Position numbers and translations under genes: made by a program
Origin: an uncultured virus (IMG/VR IMGVR_UViG_3300028025_000094)
Taxonomy: Duplodnaviria > Heunggongvirae > Uroviricota > Caudoviricetes
Virus record (IMG/VR): IMGVR_UViG_3300028025_000094
Length of the DNA: 25,202 bases
Direction: 5' to 3' (one strand)
Shown here: one piece after another, positions 8,585-16,754 of the stretch
Layout: the number at the start of each line of letters is the position of its first letter
How positions within the stretch are numbered: the first letter of the stretch is position 1
Notes under the pieces: model-generated
Told to the model about the DNA's origin: nothing
Seen by the model: the letters and a program-made list of their open reading frames with translations, nothing else
The model's database searches: none

Positions 8585-9121
8585 ATGGCAAATCTCACAT
8601 TTTCCAACAAAGGCATCCCAATGGGACGCAACAAGTCAGTCGCAGTAAACGCAAACTCCCATTGGAGTGCAGAGGAAGACAACTTCCTTCGCATGGCAGC
8701 TGCCCAGAACATGACAACCACTTTGGTTGCTTCTAAATTAGGTCGTACCCCAGCATCTGTTTACACCCGTAAATGGCAATTGGACATTCAGAACGACAAG
8801 GCAATGCCTAGAATCAAAGCACCCAAGACTGCTAAGGTAGTTAGAACAAAGACTGCTCAGGCAGTTAAAGTTCCAAAAGGAGTTCAGTTATTTCAATTGG
8901 AATCAGGCATTCCAGTTCCATCAAAAGGTGGCAACGAAGTACTTAAGAACCAAATTCGTTCCACATTCAATCGCATGGAAATTGGTAACTCATTTGTGAT
9001 TAACAAAGAAGCACTTAACTCAACAGTGTACATTGCTAAGAACGAATTTGGAGCCTACAGAATTAAAACAAGCGCTACCACTCCTGATAAAAAATTCTTT
9101 AGAATTTTCAGGATAGCTTAA
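8585..9121 (+). CDS. putative DNA-binding protein (N-terminal Myb/GcrA-like HTH, basic linker, C-terminal ESGIPVP...MEIGNSF domain)
   Basis: WSAEEDNFLR...VASKLGRTPASVYTR motif; Lys-rich; promoter 8513. Confidence 0.7.
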   Translation: MANLTFSNKGIPMGRNKSVAVNANSHWSAEEDNFLRMAAAQNMTTTLVASKLGRTPASVYTRKWQLDIQNDKAMPRIKAPKTAKVVRTKTAQAVKVPKGVQLFQLESGIPVPSKGGNEVLKNQIRSTFNRMEIGNSFVINKEALNSTVYIAKNEFGAYRIKTSATTPDKKFFRIFRIA

Positions 9122-9143
9122 AGGTTAGGTTTTAGATTACCCA

Positions 9144-9175
9144 AGGGTCTCATCGAAAGATGAGGCTCTTTTTTT
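9144..9175 (+). terminator. intrinsic terminator
   Basis: AGGGTCTCATC-GAAA-GATGAGGCTCT-TTTTTT. Confidence 0.9.
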
Positions 9176-9294
9176 GTGGGCCAAGGAATCGAACCCAAAC
9201 CGCTCGGTAAAACCTGGTTGGGGCGCCCTCGCGAATTATCCATATGGCGAGAAATCTTTTTCCCGAATGGGTATATAATGTAAAATCAAAAACA

Positions 9295-9417
9295 ATGAGC
9301 GTAGAAAATTTTGTAGATGTCGTTGTCTTTTTAATCAAGATAACTTTCGCAGCTGGTATCCTTGCTTTGGTGCTAAAGATAGCATCGGATATCTTTAAGA
9401 GTAAGGACGACAAATAA
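9295..9417 (+). CDS. small membrane protein, 40 aa (not in ORF track)
   Basis: MSVENFVDVVVFLIKITFAAGILALVLKIASDIFKSKDDK; class II-like motif at 9270. Confidence 0.65.
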   Translation: MSVENFVDVVVFLIKITFAAGILALVLKIASDIFKSKDDK

Positions 9418-9454
9418 TTTTTATTTACGGATTCTATTGATTACATTTGTAATC

Positions 9455-9536
9455 TGAAATTAAACACTTGCCAGTGTTTAGTTAAATGGTTAGGGTTAGT
9501 AAGTTATAAAAGAGAGGGTGGTTCCTCTCTTTTTTT
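9455..9536 (+). ncRNA. candidate small RNA (~80 nt)
   Basis: TACATTTG box 9442-9449, hairpin TAAACACT-TGCC-AGTGTTTA, GU-rich linker, terminator AGAGAGG..CCTCTCT-TTTTTT; only a 7-codon ORF inside. Confidence 0.55.
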
Positions 9537-9596
9537 GTGCGCATTTTTTCCTCCCGAAAAAGTTTCATATATTTGAATAACATAAAACACACACGT

Positions 9597-10034
9597 ATGT
9601 CAACTAATTCAAGAATCGGAAAATTACTTCCAGACGGAAGAGTAAGAGCTATTACATGTCACTTTGACGGATATGTAGAAGGAGGAGTCGGAGAAGATTT
9701 GTTAAAGTACTATAGCGATTCAACAAAGGTAGATTCGCTATTGGACTTAGGTAATCTATCCGCTCTCGGAAAAGAAATTGGAGAACAACAGGACTTCAAT
9801 GATTTCACATCTCATAATCAAAATTGGTGTTTAGCGTATGGAAGAGATCGGGGAGAATCGAAGATGGAATCCAAGATTGTCTCGCTAGAAGAATTCCAAA
9901 CCAATCTCGATTGGCCTTACCTCTATCTTTTTAAAGAAGGCGAATGGACTTTTCTGGATACATATAATAGATATTCAGGCTGGCAAACAATCAGCTCTTC
10001 ATTAAATAATATAAACCCTGAAGATGAAAATTAA
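9597..10034 (+). CDS. conserved phage hypothetical protein (MSTxSRIG...CHxDGY type)
   Basis: Start moved to 9597 (the track start lies in the promoter region); CHFDGY, LGNLS, CLAYGRDRGE motifs. Confidence 0.85.
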   Translation: MSTNSRIGKLLPDGRVRAITCHFDGYVEGGVGEDLLKYYSDSTKVDSLLDLGNLSALGKEIGEQQDFNDFTSHNQNWCLAYGRDRGESKMESKIVSLEEFQTNLDWPYLYLFKEGEWTFLDTYNRYSGWQTISSSLNNINPEDEN

Positions 10035-10329
10035 TAATCCATTTGAAACATACAGTAGAGGCATGACTGCTAGAGAAAGAAGAATTCGCAGTAGATGGGC
10101 TTTAATGTTTGTTATTAGTTCACTGATTGCAATTTGGTTAATGGTTAAAGTAAGCAATCAGGAAAACGAGATTGATGAATTAACCCGGAAAAATTCGGAA
10201 CTGCGTGATGAATTCTTCATCTCATCTACGGTTAACGGCAGGTATGAATTATCTTTGGAGTTTTTAAAAGAGATCGATTCAGTGGCTGCTAAAGAGTTCG
10301 AGGAGTTCTACGATCACCAGACTGAATAA
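10024..10329 (+). CDS. membrane-anchored coiled-coil protein
   Basis: TM segment WALMFVISSLIAIWLMV followed by a heptad region. Confidence 0.8.
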   Translation: MKINNPFETYSRGMTARERRIRSRWALMFVISSLIAIWLMVKVSNQENEIDELTRKNSELRDEFFISSTVNGRYELSLEFLKEIDSVAAKEFEEFYDHQTE

Positions 10330-10355
10330 TTTTTTAACCTTTAAATATAAGAGAG

Positions 10356-10466
10356 ATGGGATACTATGAGATTGTTAAAGGTACTCCAGGTGGAACTGTG
10401 AAAAAGCCTAAACCTAAACCTAAACCAAGAAAATCCAAGAGCAATGAAAAATCACGACTACTATAA
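10356..10466 (+). CDS. small basic KP-repeat peptide (not in ORF track)
   Basis: MGYYEIVKGTPGGTVKKPKPKPKPRKSKSNEKSRLL. Confidence 0.45.
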   Translation: MGYYEIVKGTPGGTVKKPKPKPKPRKSKSNEKSRLL

Positions 10467-10569
10467 TAAGAAGTACGAAAACTATGAGAGACAGAATACC
10501 GTTAAGGGTTGGATCAAACATATCTATCTTGTGTTACTTTCTCTTATAGTTAAACCTCCCTATAAATAA
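10444..10569 (+). CDS. small hypothetical protein (not in ORF track)
   Basis: MKNHDYYNKKYENYERQNTVKGWIKHIYLVLLSLIVKPPYK. Confidence 0.5.
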   Translation: MKNHDYYNKKYENYERQNTVKGWIKHIYLVLLSLIVKPPYK

Positions 10570-10604
10570 AGACCGTGTGTGTTGAGATTCTTTTAGAATC
10601 TCGG

Positions 10605-10631
10605 AGACCAGCAGCAATGCTGGTCTTTTTT
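10605..10631 (+). terminator. intrinsic terminator
   Basis: AGACCAGCA-GCAA-TGCTGGTCT-TTTTT, preceded by hairpin GAGATTC..GAATCTC. Confidence 0.9.
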
Positions 10632-10635
10632 GCGT

Positions 10636-10668
10636 AGGGGGATATGGGAAGGACCCCGCACGCGTACG
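10636..10668 (+). repeat. Element B copy 1 (33-bp G-rich element)
   Basis: AGGGGGATATGGGAAGGACCCCGCACGCGTACG. Confidence 0.9.
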
Positions 10669-10702
10669 TGGATACATATAGACAAATACGTCTATAACAC
10701 AC

Positions 10703-11203
10703 ATGAGCAACTTATATTTCAATCTAGGAAGTATTCTATCAGAGGAAGAATGTGATAACCTTGCACTGGAGGTTTTTGAACACCTCGAAAAAGGATCGGT
10801 GATTGCAGAAAGAGATACCCGATATTACAAAAACTCATTCGGTGGATCCACCCCTGGATCTTGGGAATGCCTAAAAAGGTTTACACCCTTAGTAATAGAA
10901 AAGAGCGGCAGGAATCTAAAGCCGGCTAATCCTTATTGTCGTATTTACAATAATGAATCAACTCTTAATCCACATAAAGATCGTGAGGGCTTGGATTGGA
11001 CCATTTCGGTTTGTCTATTTACTAATCTCAAACATGATTGGCCTTTAATAGTAAAAGGAGAAGAAGGCAATGTCGAATTCCGTACGATCACCGGTGAGGG
11101 CAACCTCGTTGCTGGACGCACGTTGGAACATTGGAGAGAACCTTTGGAGTGTGGGAGTGATGAATACGTGGTTCAGATGTTTCTCCATTGGTCTGAGGAG
11201 TAG
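10703..11203 (+). CDS. 2OG-Fe(II) oxygenase-like protein (prolyl hydroxylase type)
   Basis: YCRIY...L.PHKDR (HxD), TISVCL, HWREPL (distal His), VQMFLHW. Confidence 0.8.
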   Translation: MSNLYFNLGSILSEEECDNLALEVFEHLEKGSVIAERDTRYYKNSFGGSTPGSWECLKRFTPLVIEKSGRNLKPANPYCRIYNNESTLNPHKDREGLDWTISVCLFTNLKHDWPLIVKGEEGNVEFRTITGEGNLVAGRTLEHWREPLECGSDEYVVQMFLHWSEE

Positions 11204-11288
11204 GCGCCCTCACCAACTTTCGCGGTCGTCCCGCGGATGTTTTTTATCCGCATTTTTATTACCAACACCTGATCATTACTTTTGCACC

Positions 11289-11525
11289 ATGATAAACACC
11301 AAATTAGCAATTGTAAGATCAACAATCAACCTTAGAGGACATAGATTTCCTGCAGGAACGGTTGTTAGGGTATGGGAGACTAGTAGTGTCACATCAATTC
11401 AACCCGCAGTATTACCCACACCACTCCATGAAGCGATGTGGTACTTATTCCCCGAGATTCATTTAAAGGACCTTAGAAAGTTAGAGGATCACGAATGTCA
11501 GTTAGTTGATTACGGAATCTACTAG
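11289..11525 (+). CDS. hypothetical protein
   Basis: Start moved to 11289 (MINTKL), after promoter 11251. Confidence 0.7.
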   Translation: MINTKLAIVRSTINLRGHRFPAGTVVRVWETSSVTSIQPAVLPTPLHEAMWYLFPEIHLKDLRKLEDHECQLVDYGIY

Positions 11526-11577
11526 CATTTTTTTCTAGCGAGGTATAGTATTACTTTTACCTCATAAAACACACGAC

Positions 11578-11790
11578 ATGAAAAAAGAAGCACTAGAACT
11601 AGTTCGTAAAATCTATCAAAGTCTTAAATGGGATCTCATGTCTCAGAAAGACCTTGAAGAGGTATTTAACGCAGCGAAAACACAAGCAAAATTTCTTTGT
11701 GAAAAATTAACAGAAGAGAACAAGGACAGACAAGAGAAGTATGAGATGCTTCTTTCCGAGATTGAAAAAATAAAATTCCAAATGGTATGA
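11578..11790 (+). CDS. hypothetical protein
   Basis: Promoter 11526, AAACACACGAC leader. Confidence 0.85.
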   Translation: MKKEALELVRKIYQSLKWDLMSQKDLEEVFNAAKTQAKFLCEKLTEENKDRQEKYEMLLSEIEKIKFQMV

Positions 11791-12014
11791 GTGATTTCGA
11801 AAAGGCCAGGATGTTCGGTCTAATAGACATCCCTTATGGACAAAGATGTTTCCGCCCATTCATCGATAAGTATAATCCATATAGCATCGAAACTAACGGT
11901 CAGCCTGTTAGAGCAATGTGGCAAGGTAATAACATCATAGTTGATTTTGAAGATGGAGAAACCAGAATTTACAGTACTCTAAGTCCTGACGGATATTATA
12001 GAGTATCTAAATAA
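11787..12014 (+). CDS. hypothetical protein
   Basis: ATGA-coupled 75-aa ORF. Confidence 0.8.
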   Translation: MSDFEKARMFGLIDIPYGQRCFRPFIDKYNPYSIETNGQPVRAMWQGNNIIVDFEDGETRIYSTLSPDGYYRVSK

Positions 12015-12021
12015 AAATTTT

Positions 12022-12195
12022 ATGACCCTTCCTATTATCAGTGCTTCCCTTGCAATATTAGTTCTTGTGATTTCTCTTGTTATTTCGGGTAAAGAAACCT
12101 TGAAACTAAAGTGCCGTAACAGGCTATTATGTAGAGAAAATCACAAACTCAGAATCAAATTAAAGGAGCATGAAGACGGTACAAAAAGCAAATGA
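12022..12195 (+). CDS. small TM plus coiled-coil protein (not in ORF track)
   Basis: MTLPIISASLAILVLVISLVISGKETLKLKCRNRLL..., 57 aa. Confidence 0.65.
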   Translation: MTLPIISASLAILVLVISLVISGKETLKLKCRNRLLCRENHKLRIKLKEHEDGTKSK

Positions 12196-12340
12196 CATCA
12201 AGAGAGTAAAGGATGATGAAGCCGAATTAATGGTTAAGAATCGTGGATACAAATTCGTTCCAAAAAGTGTTTGGAAAGAAGCTACACGTCCAGTGAAACA
12301 AACCAAAGAGAAGGAAGTAAAAGAGAATGAGACAACTTAG
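12170..12340 (+). CDS. small hypothetical phage protein (not in ORF track)
   Basis: MKTVQKANDIKRVKDDEAELMVKNRGYKFVPKSVWKE..., 56 aa. Confidence 0.7.
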   Translation: MKTVQKANDIKRVKDDEAELMVKNRGYKFVPKSVWKEATRPVKQTKEKEVKENETT

Positions 12341-12434
12341 TTATAACAATATTTACAACCCGAAAACAGAACCATATTGGTTCAAAATGTTTAAGGAATA
12401 TAAGAGCTTCACAGTAGGATGGGTCACCATCTAA
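12327..12434 (+). CDS. small hypothetical protein (not in ORF track)
   Basis: MRQLSYNNIYNPKTEPYWFKMFKEYKSFTVGWVTI. Confidence 0.45.
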   Translation: MRQLSYNNIYNPKTEPYWFKMFKEYKSFTVGWVTI

Positions 12435-12527
12435 AAATGAAGGGTAATTTGCTTTTACGAATGAGGATTCTTTCAGCAAAAATTACCGAATGTGAATTTA
12501 GTCGTGTGAATTCACTTTCAAAAAACT

Positions 12528-12556
12528 CCCAAGCTATAATTAGCTTGGGTTTTTTT
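12528..12556 (+). terminator. intrinsic terminator
   Basis: CCCAAGCTA-TAAT-TAGCTTGGG-TTTTTTT. Confidence 0.9.
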
Positions 12557-12621
12557 ATGCCTCTCATTTTTTATCCGCGCGGAAAATACATACTTTTACC
12601 TTATAATCAAAAACACACGAC

Positions 12622-12948
12622 ATGAACACACAACAATTCAATGACCAAGATTTTCGCACAAGTGCAACTGAAACTGTTAATGCTTTCTTTGAAGGTTTTA
12701 CATATCCTTCACGAGAAGATTTTAATGATTCACAGATTAGCCATATTACTGATATTGTAGCTTCCATCTACATGACTCAGCATGTATATCGTATCGGTGG
12801 AGGATTCGTTCAATCAATCCTGGAAGATAAATTAGGAGCAGCCTTTTCCAGAGCAGATTCCACAATCGTTAAAGCAATTCGTATTATGGTTTATGCTAGG
12901 GATTACGGACAGGTTAAAAAGTTCAAACCTTCATTTGAAACAATCTAA
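12622..12948 (+). CDS. hypothetical protein
   Basis: Promoter 12565; GGGFVQSI...AFSRAD motif. Confidence 0.85.
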   Translation: MNTQQFNDQDFRTSATETVNAFFEGFTYPSREDFNDSQISHITDIVASIYMTQHVYRIGGGFVQSILEDKLGAAFSRADSTIVKAIRIMVYARDYGQVKKFKPSFETI

Positions 12949-12994
12949 ATTTGGATAAGTATAAGTAATATTATTCACCATTAGATTCAATTGT

Positions 12995-13192
12995 ATGAAC
13001 CTTGAACCGGAACAACAAGAAATATTTAATAACATCTTAGATTTGGTTTACACCTTAAAGAAGGAGGAAGACATCGAAAAGAAAACTCAGATTCAACACG
13101 TAATAGAATCCGAAAAGAATAAGCTCATGAAAAGTATGCCCTTTCGAGATTATATTTCTTTCATGAGAGAAGCATCTCCTTTATTTATATAA
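12995..13192 (+). CDS. hypothetical protein (probable paralog of 15070..15282)
   Basis: EQ..IF...LD ... SM....Y..F.......F pattern. Confidence 0.75.
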   Translation: MNLEPEQQEIFNNILDLVYTLKKEEDIEKKTQIQHVIESEKNKLMKSMPFRDYISFMREASPLFI

Positions 13193-13227
13193 CTCATTTC
13201 GCTGACTCCCCCTAGTTAGCAGGAATC

Positions 13228-13253
13228 GCCCTACCAGCAATGGAGGGCTTTTT
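13228..13253 (+). terminator. intrinsic terminator
   Basis: GCCCT(A)CCA-GCAA-TGGAGGGC-TTTTT. Confidence 0.75.
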
Positions 13254-13338
13254 CGTGGGCTAAGGTTTTCGATTCTTGACGGTCGAAAAACACCACGAGG
13301 GCGCCCCGACCTTTGTGCATATGGCTTTGCATTTAAGT

Positions 13339-13371
13339 AGGGGGATATGGGAAGGACCCCGCACGCGTACG
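13339..13371 (+). repeat. Element B copy 2
   Basis: Identical to 10636-10668. Confidence 0.9.
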
Positions 13372-13441
13372 GGGGTAAATCGCGATACATTTTTATTAAC
13401 CGAGGAAATTCTTTATTTTTATCCTATAAAAGAAATACAAT

Positions 13442-13825
13442 ATGGAATTAACTCATTGGTTTTACGGATTAGCAGATTGTCACGGCGTAGAATCGTTCGT
13501 ACATGATATAGACGATGCTTTAGCATCTCTATTTTATAGCGATGATGATAAGAAAGAAAAGAATTCTAGTCAGTTTGCGATGTGTCTACGTGCTCAGGCC
13601 AATCAACAAAGACACGCCGTTGTTTACCGGGCAGCAATCCCACAATCACATGTTGAGATAATTGAGGGGTTTATTAAAGGAGGAGATTACGAGGCTGCAC
13701 TGAAAGAAATCAAGGATTGCTCAACAGAGATAATGTTAGGTACCTATGGCACCACAAAGGCAGCAGCAGAGAAGAATTGGAAAATGATTCCAAACCCAGA
13801 TTTGGATCCTTATTACACAAAATAA
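13442..13825 (+). CDS. hypothetical protein
   Basis: Promoter 13388; GLADCHGVESF, RAQANQQRHAV. Confidence 0.85.
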   Translation: MELTHWFYGLADCHGVESFVHDIDDALASLFYSDDDKKEKNSSQFAMCLRAQANQQRHAVVYRAAIPQSHVEIIEGFIKGGDYEAALKEIKDCSTEIMLGTYGTTKAAAEKNWKMIPNPDLDPYYTK

Positions 13826-13829
13826 AAAC

Positions 13830-14483
13830 ATGGGATATCTAAAACACGCGACAAGTCACAAGTTGGATGCAGCAGCATTCAAGACGTTTATCTTTCAGGG
13901 TAAAGCTCTATTTACGCTTGAGAACAAGGAGAAAGGAACCTACATTACGTTTAAGGTTCAAAAGCTAAAAAGAAAACGTGACCAACCGGAAGAGACTAGA
14001 CTCTTTGATGTTCATGTGCGTGCATTGAATGACCAGTATCAGGGTTTAAAATACATTGGACGAGTTGATAGAAAGATGAAGACCTTTAAACCTTCGGGGT
14101 ATGTTGATAACGACCATGTTGGAATTCAAACCATGAATTGGCTAATAAGAAGTTGGGGTGATTTGGAAAGGTTGGAAGGAGGAGGAAAACTAGGCATGTA
14201 CCATCAAGGTATTTGTTGCAAATGTGGATTACCACTAACTGTTCCTGAGAGTATTGAAAACGGAATTGGTCCTCAATGTAAAAAGTATAGAGAAGCCAAA
14301 TCCCTAAAGTTCATGGAAGAAATTGGTATTCTAGTACCAGGATTAAGTTATAACGCACAGGTCATTCACGCTGTTGAGAATCGTCCAGATTGCTTTGAAA
14401 AAATATACATACCAGAAACAGTGCGTCGTTCAAACGAATGGATTAAAGACCTTGACCTATTTAGTTCTTATGGTCTTTGGTAG
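13830..14483 (+). CDS. DUF6011-like zinc-binding protein
   Basis: GKALFTL..., CCKCGLPLTVPESIENGIGPQC signature. Confidence 0.8.
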   Translation: MGYLKHATSHKLDAAAFKTFIFQGKALFTLENKEKGTYITFKVQKLKRKRDQPEETRLFDVHVRALNDQYQGLKYIGRVDRKMKTFKPSGYVDNDHVGIQTMNWLIRSWGDLERLEGGGKLGMYHQGICCKCGLPLTVPESIENGIGPQCKKYREAKSLKFMEEIGILVPGLSYNAQVIHAVENRPDCFEKIYIPETVRRSNEWIKDLDLFSSYGLW

Positions 14484-14514
14484 AGTAAGATAATTTTTGT
14501 TTATTTTTAGTTTT

Positions 14515-14545
14515 AAACCCTAGACTTATAGTCTGGGGTTTTTTT
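14515..14545 (+). terminator. intrinsic terminator
   Basis: AAACCCTAGACT-TAT-AGTCTGGGGTTTTTTT. Confidence 0.85.
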
Positions 14546-14775
14546 ATGCCCTAGGATTAGTGGTGTACGACAGGCGTAAAACACGTGAGGGCGCCCTGAC
14601 GCTTGGTAATGTTCCACATGTTCCTGATGTTCCCGATGTACCATTGTCGAGGCACCCTCACCGAGGTACATCTGGTACCTCTGGTACTTCTGGCACCTTG
14701 GGGATAACATTTTTTATTCCCGCGGGATTGTTATAAATTCGAGGTATAATTTACTAACAAATAAAAAACCTAAAA

Positions 14776-14994
14776 ATGAAACCGCAAACCACAAACCCAA
14801 ATTTCGATTTTTTCAGAGAACTAAACGGTAGAGAAATGATGCACTGGATAGGAACACCTTGCTTTGTCAAGGGGGTATCCAAAAAAGATGAAGACCGGGT
14901 TACCATAGTTACCATTGATGGTTACACCTATGATGAAATCAGATCTAATGATTTGGAAACTATGGATCCGACTGAGATAGCCTTATTTGTTTAA
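14776..14994 (+). CDS. hypothetical protein
   Basis: Promoter 14708. Confidence 0.8.
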   Translation: MKPQTTNPNFDFFRELNGREMMHWIGTPCFVKGVSKKDEDRVTIVTIDGYTYDEIRSNDLETMDPTEIALFV

Positions 14995-15069
14995 ATTCCA
15001 GAAGTGCGGGGAAACATTTTTAAATCCCGCACTTCTTTTATACATTTACATCATAAAATAAATCAAACG

Positions 15070-15282
15070 ATGACGCACGAACAATCCCTAATCTTCAGGA
15101 AGGTATTAGATACCAACTGGGAAGTAAAAGAATTAAAAGAATCTGGAAAGTGGCAGGAAGCTCTTGAAAAAGTTAAAGAGCATAACTCTCATGTCGAAGA
15201 ATTAAAATCCGCAATGGGAGCAGGTGCGTATGATAACTTTATAAACATGGGACGTAAAATGTTCGCACCAAAATCAGATTAA
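15070..15282 (+). CDS. hypothetical protein
   Basis: Start moved to 15070 (MTHEQ), after promoter 15015. Confidence 0.85.
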   Translation: MTHEQSLIFRKVLDTNWEVKELKESGKWQEALEKVKEHNSHVEELKSAMGAGAYDNFINMGRKMFAPKSD

Positions 15283-15283
15283 T

Positions 15284-15499
15284 ATGTTAAGATTTTCAGA
15301 CGGAATCAGTATTGACACCTCAGGAGAGCCAAGGGTTCTTAGGTTGAATGATGGATACTATGCGGTAGGTAAAGGAATTTTAATTCCAGTTGATAATCTA
15401 CAATCGGCGGAGTTTATGGTTCAGAGAATGGAAAGATGGGAACCGAGTGAGAACATTATTAATTCTCGAGGGGAAGTGTTAAATTTGCAAAATAAATAA
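15284..15499 (+). CDS. hypothetical protein
   Basis: LRFSDG.SIDTSG..R.....DG.Y.VG.G.LIPV; operon spacing. Confidence 0.8.
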   Translation: MLRFSDGISIDTSGEPRVLRLNDGYYAVGKGILIPVDNLQSAEFMVQRMERWEPSENIINSRGEVLNLQNK

Positions 15500-15509
15500 A
15501 TAAAAAGAA

Positions 15510-15797
15510 ATGCCAAGAAGACCTAAAAAGGGAAAATCAGCTTCGTTGCTGTTTAGAAATTTACTAAAAGATTTAAACCCATTGGAGTTAACTGTTCTAA
15601 GAGAAAGAGTCTTACACATCTGCGAAATTACAAAGCAGGATATCGTAATAAATCCTAAGAAATACGAGAGACATATTATCTCTCCGGATTTAATTGTAAA
15701 TTGTATGGACAAGTGTATCACAGGTTTAGGATACGAAGAAAAACCAAAGGTTAAAAAAGAATTTAAAATTTCACAACCAGAAGTTGTTGAGATATAA
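15510..15797 (+). CDS. hypothetical protein
   Basis: 95-aa ORF before a terminator. Confidence 0.8.
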   Translation: MPRRPKKGKSASLLFRNLLKDLNPLELTVLRERVLHICEITKQDIVINPKKYERHIISPDLIVNCMDKCITGLGYEEKPKVKKEFKISQPEVVEI

Positions 15798-15827
15798 AGA
15801 AGGTTAGTGTTAGTAAGTATACAGGGA

Positions 15828-15852
15828 AGGTCAGATTAGTCTGGCCTTTTTT
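15828..15852 (+). terminator. intrinsic terminator
   Basis: AGGTCAGA-TTAG-TCTGGCCT-TTTTT. Confidence 0.85.
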
Positions 15853-16002
15853 GTGTGTGGAGGAATCCAAATAGAAACTGTGGTACATCGTCAGGGCGCC
15901 CTCACCACTAAGTGTGCAGTCTATCTGCATTCATGAATACTTTGAGGACATTTTTTTATTACGCCGCGATTACATATATTTGTATTCTAAAATAAACACG
16001 AC

Positions 16003-16197
16003 ATGACACAAGAAAAAAAACCACAGTATGTAGTTATCCTTAATTTCGAATCAGGCCAAGTAGATATTATGATTCTAGATAACAAACCAGAAGGCATGGA
16101 TGACGAAGAGTTTATCGAAGGTACTCTTGATTATTCCTTATCCAATTGTGAATGGATGGTTACCACTAATCCTTTTCCTAATCCATTAAACTTCTAA
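16003..16197 (+). CDS. hypothetical protein
   Basis: Promoter 15949, AAACACGAC leader. Confidence 0.85.
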   Translation: MTQEKKPQYVVILNFESGQVDIMILDNKPEGMDDEEFIEGTLDYSLSNCEWMVTTNPFPNPLNF

Positions 16198-16199
16198 TC

Positions 16200-16667
16200 A
16201 TGCAACTAAATTTTAAATTAGGTAACAACATATTCCTACAAGGTGATAAGGTTATCAGTTATGAAACACACGTTGCTGATATCAAAGATGGCCACATCCA
16301 AGCAAGAGGTAAGTATTCTAGGACAACCAGTAAACAGATAAGCAAGGTAGCATCCACATTGAAATTAAAATTACACTCCTCTGATAAGAGAGAGGATTTT
16401 TGGAAACATGAATATGGAGCTAAGTTCTCAATCGACAACTGTCTAAGTGAAAAGATATCCGAATTCATTATTGGTTATATGAGGGAGAAGGAATTGGATT
16501 ACCTTAAATGCAGCCACGAAGATATGTTACCTATGCTAATCACCATACCTAATGTTGGACCTAAAGATTGGGGGATACTTAAAGAGTACTTAAATCTACC
16601 ACAGGATACACCAACCCCCCAGCAACAGGAGAAGGATACGGCAAAGGCACTGGCTATTTTATTCTAG
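16200..16667 (+). CDS. hypothetical phage protein (SY.T.VA...YS.TTSKQ N-terminal domain)
   Basis: 155-aa ORF; stop codon overlaps element B. Confidence 0.85.
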   Translation: MQLNFKLGNNIFLQGDKVISYETHVADIKDGHIQARGKYSRTTSKQISKVASTLKLKLHSSDKREDFWKHEYGAKFSIDNCLSEKISEFIIGYMREKELDYLKCSHEDMLPMLITIPNVGPKDWGILKEYLNLPQDTPTPQQQEKDTAKALAILF

Positions 16668-16698
16668 GGGGATGGGGGAAGGACCCCGCACGCGTACG
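16666..16698 (+). repeat. Element B copy 3
   Basis: AGGGGGATGGGGGAAGGACCCCGCACGCGTACG. Confidence 0.9.
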
Positions 16699-16754
16699 AG
16701 GGAAACATTTTAATTTTCCGCAATATAATCCTATATTTACTTTCTCAAATAAAT

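Noticed and set aside
9176..9250. tRNA on the minus strand (GGTTCGATTCC T-loop-like word)
   Set aside because: The T-stem pairs poorly and no acceptor, D or anticodon arms can be built.
10405..10427. CCTAAA microsatellite as a phase-variable tract
   Set aside because: It has only about 3.5 hexamer units, in frame, encoding KPKPKP, so a length change would not shift the frame.
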